A stretch of 60,502 nucleotides of DNA, taken from Aristaeellaceae bacterium (lineage in GTDB: Bacteria > Bacillota > Clostridia > Christensenellales > Aristaeellaceae). Position 1 is the stretch's first letter. Each line of letters starts with the position of its first letter. Below are positions 56,573 through 60,502 of this stretch, piece after piece. The translations under genes and the position numbers were made by a program. The stretch covers positions 1 through 60,502 of the forward strand of contig JBJEUJ010000113.1 in assembly GCA_051883775.1 (NCBI GenBank), written 5' to 3'. The notes beneath the pieces are model-generated. The model searched no databases and was not told the origin of the DNA. It saw nothing but the letters and a program-made list of their open reading frames with translations.

Positions 56573-57859
56573 ATGAAAGATAAGCCCCGTGTATCCCGTC
56601 ACAACGGTCGTGCCGGGAAACATGGTGTCTATAATCCCAAGCACAATGATCGGAGCTTTGATGTTGAGAATGCAGAAAACATCAGCAAGGATCGCACCAG
56701 TCTGAACCTGTACTGGGACTGCATCAACGGCTTGCGCACCCATGAAGAAAACAGCACCGGTCAATACCCATCCTTCACCCAGCATGAGCATGACGAATAT
56801 GAGCGCCGCTACGGCCATTACGTGGCGGAGCAAAACAAACGCAACATCAAGGCTGGTCATGCCAAGCGCAACCGCACCGTGGACGATCTACTGGCAGACG
56901 CCCGTATCTGCCCAGAAGAAACCATCTATCAGATCGGCAAAGAAGGCGATTGCCCGCCGCCTGAGGTGCTGACCGCCATCGTGACGGAATTCTTTGCCAC
57001 CATTGAGGAGCACTTCGGGGAACACGTACATGTGTTGGACTGGGCGCTGCACCTGGATGAAACCAGTCCGCACATCCACGCCCGGCAAGTGTTTGATGTC
57101 GTGAACCGCTACGGCGAGCGTGAACCCAAGCAGGAGAAAGCACTGGAAACCCTGGGAATCCCTTTGCCAGAGCCGGACAAGAAGCCCAGCCGGGTAAACA
57201 ACCGAAAGATAACCTTCGATAAGATATGCCGCGAACTGCTGCTGGGCATCTGTCAGGAACATGGGCTTTCGGTGGAAACCGAAGCCATCTATGGCGGCAG
57301 AGAAAGCCGCGAAAAAAATGATTACATCATTGAGACACAGCGGGAAAAGATCGCCGAGCTGGAAAAGCGGAATGCAGAACTGACTGCCGACAACGAGCGT
57401 CAGAGTAGGCTGCTGGCGAAAACGACCACGGAATTGGATGAAAAACAAAACCAACTTGCCGATGCCGCCACAGTGCTGGAAGCCGTATCGGACGCTGCCT
57501 ATGACCAAGCTGTCAAGGTCGTTGCACATATCGCTGTAGATGAAACGCAGAAGGCAGATCAGTCAATTGTTGACAAGATGATCAACATGACTGCTGATCC
57601 AGAAAGACGGATGAAGCCCAAAGAACGCGATCTCATAGCCTTTTGGCTTCGCGGTGTTAAGGACAACATTGTGAAACGGGCGGCTAAGGTCGTGACAACC
57701 GTGCTGTCTGTGCTGCAAAAGCCGGAGTATCGCCGGGCAGCAAAAGACAAGATCAAGGAAACGGCAAGCCCAGCTGTTTCTCAGCTGCTCAGGGCATATG
57801 AACGCAGGCTGTCCTGTGACAAGGCTGTCAGGCGTGATCGAAACGACGATGCCCGATAA
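56573..57859 (+). CDS. MobV-family relaxase (plasmid recombination enzyme Pre/Mob)
   Basis: Start at the ATG at 56573, after GAAAGGAGGTG. N-terminal 'RHNGRAGKHGVYNPKHNDR' and the MobV motif H-x-D-E-x-x-P-H-x-H in 'ALHLDETSPHIHARQV'. The C-terminus is coiled-coil. Confidence 0.85.
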   Translation: MKDKPRVSRHNGRAGKHGVYNPKHNDRSFDVENAENISKDRTSLNLYWDCINGLRTHEENSTGQYPSFTQHEHDEYERRYGHYVAEQNKRNIKAGHAKRNRTVDDLLADARICPEETIYQIGKEGDCPPPEVLTAIVTEFFATIEEHFGEHVHVLDWALHLDETSPHIHARQVFDVVNRYGEREPKQEKALETLGIPLPEPDKKPSRVNNRKITFDKICRELLLGICQEHGLSVETEAIYGGRESREKNDYIIETQREKIAELEKRNAELTADNERQSRLLAKTTTELDEKQNQLADAATVLEAVSDAAYDQAVKVVAHIAVDETQKADQSIVDKMINMTADPERRMKPKERDLIAFWLRGVKDNIVKRAAKVVTTVLSVLQKPEYRRAAKDKIKETASPAVSQLLRAYERRLSCDKAVRRDRNDDAR

Positions 57860-57862
57860 TAT

Positions 57863-58573
57863 ATGTTTACGAGGTGTATTTTGAATCTGTTTTCTCAAAT
57901 CAAAGCAGCCATTACCACCCGGCAGGCTGCCGAACGCTACGGGCTGAAGGTCAGCCGCAACGGCATGACCTGCTGCCCCTTCCATCAGGACAAAACCCCA
58001 TCCATGAAGGTGGACGAACGCTACTACTGCTTCGGCTGCCACCAGACCGGCGATGTGATTTCCTTCACAGCCGGTCTTTTTCATACCGGGCCGTATAAGG
58101 CGGCGCAAAAGCTGGCTGCTGACTTTCACATCCATATCAGCGGGAATGACCAGCCCGAACGAAAAAAGGGAAAGAAACCTTTCACCCCGTTCAAGCCTGA
58201 CCTGGCCGGATTAACTTCCAGGCTGGAATCCATTAGGGTAGAAGCAGCCCGGCAGGAGCGCGAGGCCTGGATCAGGCAAGCGGTGGATGTGCTGGCTGAA
58301 TACCGGCTGCTGCTCCACGGGTGGATGGAGGAATATGCCCCTAAGAACGAGGACGAGGACTGGCATCCACGCTTTGTGGAGGCCTGCGCTCAAAATGAGA
58401 TCGTGGATGATCTGTTCAGCCTGATCGACGATCCGCTTGAACGTGACTATTGCTATGACAACTACCAGAGGGAGGTGAACAGTATCCATGTCCGAATTAC
58501 AGCATACCACTCAGGCACAGGAAATGCAGACTGCACCCGATTCACCCACGACGATCCCGGCTTTTGCCAATAA
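57863..58573 (+). CDS. CHC2 zinc-finger (DnaG-type) primase-like protein, no TOPRIM domain
   Basis: 'CCPFHQDKTPSMKVDERYYCFGCHQTGDVISF' is the primase CHC2 finger. The likely true start is the TTG at 57881, after GAGGTG. Confidence 0.75.
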   Translation: MFTRCILNLFSQIKAAITTRQAAERYGLKVSRNGMTCCPFHQDKTPSMKVDERYYCFGCHQTGDVISFTAGLFHTGPYKAAQKLAADFHIHISGNDQPERKKGKKPFTPFKPDLAGLTSRLESIRVEAARQEREAWIRQAVDVLAEYRLLLHGWMEEYAPKNEDEDWHPRFVEACAQNEIVDDLFSLIDDPLERDYCYDNYQREVNSIHVRITAYHSGTGNADCTRFTHDDPGFCQ

Positions 58574-59948
58574 TCCTGCCTGGAAGCCGCTCATGCCGGA
58601 AGAACACATGGAGCAGGCCTACAGCGCAATCCGCAATTCACTGGAGCATAATGACAAGGGACAAGTGATCAATTCACTGCAGAATTACGTCATTGCCCTG
58701 CAGCACGATCCGGTATTCGGCGGGCATATCCGGCGGAATCTGTTCACCGAAAAGATTGACGTTAACTGTGAGCTGCCGTGGATTCGCACATCGTCCGCGC
58801 TGGATGATACCGACCTGTCCTTTCTGCTGCTGCATCTGGATGCGCATTATGGTCTGCGGATGGAAAAGCAGCTGGTGCATGCGCTGCGGGTGGCATCCAC
58901 CAGCAAGGCGTTTCACCCTGTGCAGGAAAGGCTGCTGGGCCTGGAATGGGACGGCGTGCCCCGCCTCCGGGAAGCCCTGCACCACTTCCTCGGCGCGGAG
59001 GTCAGCGACTACAACGAAAAATGCCTGAAGGTGTTCATGTCCGGCGCGGTGGAGCGGGTCTTCCACCCCGGCTGCAAGTTTGAGCTGATGCTGGTGCTGG
59101 TGGGCGGACAGGGCGCGGGCAAAACCACCTTCATCCGCTATCTGGCCATGGAGGAGGACTGGTTCTCGGACGACATCCGCAACCTGAGCGATGACAAGGT
59201 GTTTCACCGGCTGAACGGCCACTGGATCATGGAGATGTCCGAAATGATGGCTACGGCGAATGCGAAGTCCATTGAAGAAATCAAGGCATTTCTTTCCCGC
59301 AGCAGGGATTTCTGCCGCCTGGCCTATGACCGCTTCGGCAGTGATCATCCCCGGCAGACGGTCTTTGCGGGCACCACCAACCGCATGAATTTCCTGCCCA
59401 CGGATCGCAGCGGCAACCGCCGCTTTCTGCCGGTGATGGTGCATCCCGAGCTGGCCGACTGCCACATCCTGGACAATCCGGAGGAATCCCGGCGTTACTT
59501 CGGGCAAATGTGGGCGGAGATCATGGTGTCCTACAAAGCCGGTACGTACCAAACCTATCTGACCCGGGAGGACGAAGCGCACCTGCAGCTGGAGCAGGAG
59601 CTGTTCGCCCAGGAGGATACGCTGGCGGGCAGAATCTGTGCTTACATGGAGAGCTATGCGGGCGACCGCCTGTGCTCCGTCCAGATCTACAAGGAAGGGC
59701 TGGATCACCCGACGGATGATCCAAAGCCCTACGAAACCCGCGACATCTGCGAGATTGTCAACCAGGGTATTGCCCTGGGGCACATCACCGGCTGGAGGGC
59801 ATTCAGGAGCCCGCGTCGGTTCAGGAAGTATGGCAATCAGCGGGGCTGGGAGCGGATACCCGCTGAGCCTGCGCAGGCGCTGCAGAAAGCGGAACAGCTG
59901 GGCTTTACGGTTACTGAGAACGACCCTGATCTTCCATGGAAAGACTGA
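58488..59948 (+). CDS. VirE-family (virulence-associated protein E) P-loop NTPase, primase/helicase-associated
   Basis: RBS GGGAGGTG. Walker A 'LVGGQGAGKTTF' and Walker B-like 'HWIMEMSEM'. It overlaps the zinc-finger gene by 86 nt. Confidence 0.8.
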   Translation: MSELQHTTQAQEMQTAPDSPTTIPAFANNPAWKPLMPEEHMEQAYSAIRNSLEHNDKGQVINSLQNYVIALQHDPVFGGHIRRNLFTEKIDVNCELPWIRTSSALDDTDLSFLLLHLDAHYGLRMEKQLVHALRVASTSKAFHPVQERLLGLEWDGVPRLREALHHFLGAEVSDYNEKCLKVFMSGAVERVFHPGCKFELMLVLVGGQGAGKTTFIRYLAMEEDWFSDDIRNLSDDKVFHRLNGHWIMEMSEMMATANAKSIEEIKAFLSRSRDFCRLAYDRFGSDHPRQTVFAGTTNRMNFLPTDRSGNRRFLPVMVHPELADCHILDNPEESRRYFGQMWAEIMVSYKAGTYQTYLTREDEAHLQLEQELFAQEDTLAGRICAYMESYAGDRLCSVQIYKEGLDHPTDDPKPYETRDICEIVNQGIALGHITGWRAFRSPRRFRKYGNQRGWERIPAEPAQALQKAEQLGFTVTENDPDLPWKD

Positions 59949-59962
59949 CCGGACCAACGAAT

Positions 59963-60071
59963 GACTACAACGACTACAAGACTACAAGCAAAACCCAACT
60001 TTTTTTCGGAGATGACTACAAGGTCGCAGAAAAAGTGTGGAAACCGTTGTAGTCTTTGTAGTCCTGTAGTC
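59963..60071. repeat. Iteron array: GACTACAA x4 direct followed by x3 inverted
   Basis: GACTACAA at 59963, 59972, 59980 and 60014. TTGTAGTC at 60047 and 60056, and TGTAGTC at 60065. The two triplets form an imperfect ~28-nt inverted repeat. Confidence 0.8.
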
Positions 60072-60108
60072 ATTCATTTTACAATATGAAATATGGAGGC
60101 TATTCTTT

Positions 60109-60360
60109 GTGATGAATCTGAACCTGCTTCTGTTCAGCACGCCCGAACAGAGCAATGTGCCTGCGAACAATCTCCGCGAATGTTCCCCGATGACCCTTAC
60201 TGTGCAGCAGATGGCGAAGGTTCTGAATATTTCCAGAAATGTAGCCTATGACCTGACCAGGGAGCCTGGTTTCCCGTGCTTTCGGCTGGGAAAGAAGATC
60301 CTGATCAACCGGGAGCTTCTTCAGGAATGGCTGAATTGCCAATGTAAAACTGTAGCGTAA
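60109..60360 (+). CDS. Excisionase/MerR-like HTH_17 DNA-binding protein
   Basis: 'LTVQQMAKVLNISRNVAYDLTREPGFPCFRLGKKILINRELLQEWL' is the excisionase-family HTH pattern. RBS GGAGG lies upstream of the GTG at 60109 and the ATG at 60112. Confidence 0.75.
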   Translation: MMNLNLLLFSTPEQSNVPANNLRECSPMTLTVQQMAKVLNISRNVAYDLTREPGFPCFRLGKKILINRELLQEWLNCQCKTVA

Positions 60361-60415
60361 AAAACTTTTCTCCATCGTTTCCTCTTCTCTTCTACTGATT
60401 TATCTTTTTTATCAG

Positions 60416-60502
60416 GTTGACAGTAGACATGTTGACAAATGCCCAAAAAGCGTTGAAATATAAGCGTTTTTTGCGTCAACAGGGATGTCAACAGACCTGT
60501 CA
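60416..60502. repeat. GTTGAC(A) direct and inverted repeat cluster (arm-type/operator sites) running into the window edge
   Basis: GTTGACA at 60416 and 60431, and GTTGAAA at 60452. Then GTCAACA at 60475 and 60487, and GTCA at 60499, cut by the window edge. Confidence 0.6.

Larger units (their letters stand above)
53563..60502. mobile_element. Integrated mobilisable element (IME/small ICE-like), left part; continues past the window edge
   Basis: An att-like fragment at the left end is followed by a ParM-like gene, an RHH gene, an oriT-like spacer, a MobV/Pre relaxase, a CHC2 zinc-finger protein, a VirE-family NTPase and an excisionase-like HTH. G+C is lower than in the chromosome flank. No integrase lies in the window. 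Confidence 0.7.

Overview
This 60.5-kb window looks like a high-G+C Firmicutes/Clostridia-type chromosome. That assignment is inferred from gene content (sortase, YesM/YesN-type two-component system, ABC-based glycan loci, AgrC/LytTR genes); no search was run. The window has four parts. (1) 0-5.6 kb holds miscellaneous genes: a 5'-truncated UvrA-like ATPase, RtcB RNA ligase, an XRE HTH regulator, a Gfo/Idh/MocA oxidoreductase and a TIM-barrel sugar isomerase. (2) 6-39.7 kb is one large + strand plant-glycan (arabinan/arabinogalactan-type) utilisation region. It carries GH30, two GH51, GH43, a GHL6-like hydrolase, a cytoplasmic formylglycine sulfatase, a class-B-like sortase, a YesM/YesN-like sensor/AraC regulator pair and three ABC importers with no ATPase gene. 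It also contains an uncharacterised pair, an NHL-propeller/Yip1 membrane fusion and a DUF5696-like protein. A decayed permease pseudogene follows at 39.9-40.3 kb. (3) 40.5-53.6 kb is a visibly AT-richer island with no recombinase. It is bracketed by two ~410-bp direct repeats, each starting with a 21-nt tRNA 3'-end-like fragment next to a minus-strand terminator. The island carries a five-gene operon of secreted or anchored repeat proteins (WG repeats, RCC1-like propeller, DUF6273-like). A divergent LytTR regulator operon encodes two tandem AgrC-like kinases with reciprocally degenerate motifs: one lacks the phospho-acceptor His, the other lacks the ATP-binding N and G boxes. (4) 53.6-60.5 kb is the left part of an integrated mobilisable element: ParM-like ATPase, RHH protein, repeat-dense oriT-like spacer, MobV/Pre relaxase, CHC2 zinc-finger protein, VirE-family NTPase, iteron arrays and an excisionase-like HTH. 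Its integrase and target tRNA are presumably beyond the right edge. The most interesting signals are the complementary pseudo-kinase pair, the conserved non-coding 410-nt module with a 142-nt near-identical core, and the tandem att-bounded (ICE/IME + CIME-like) architecture. All calls come from reading the sequence and recalling family motifs.
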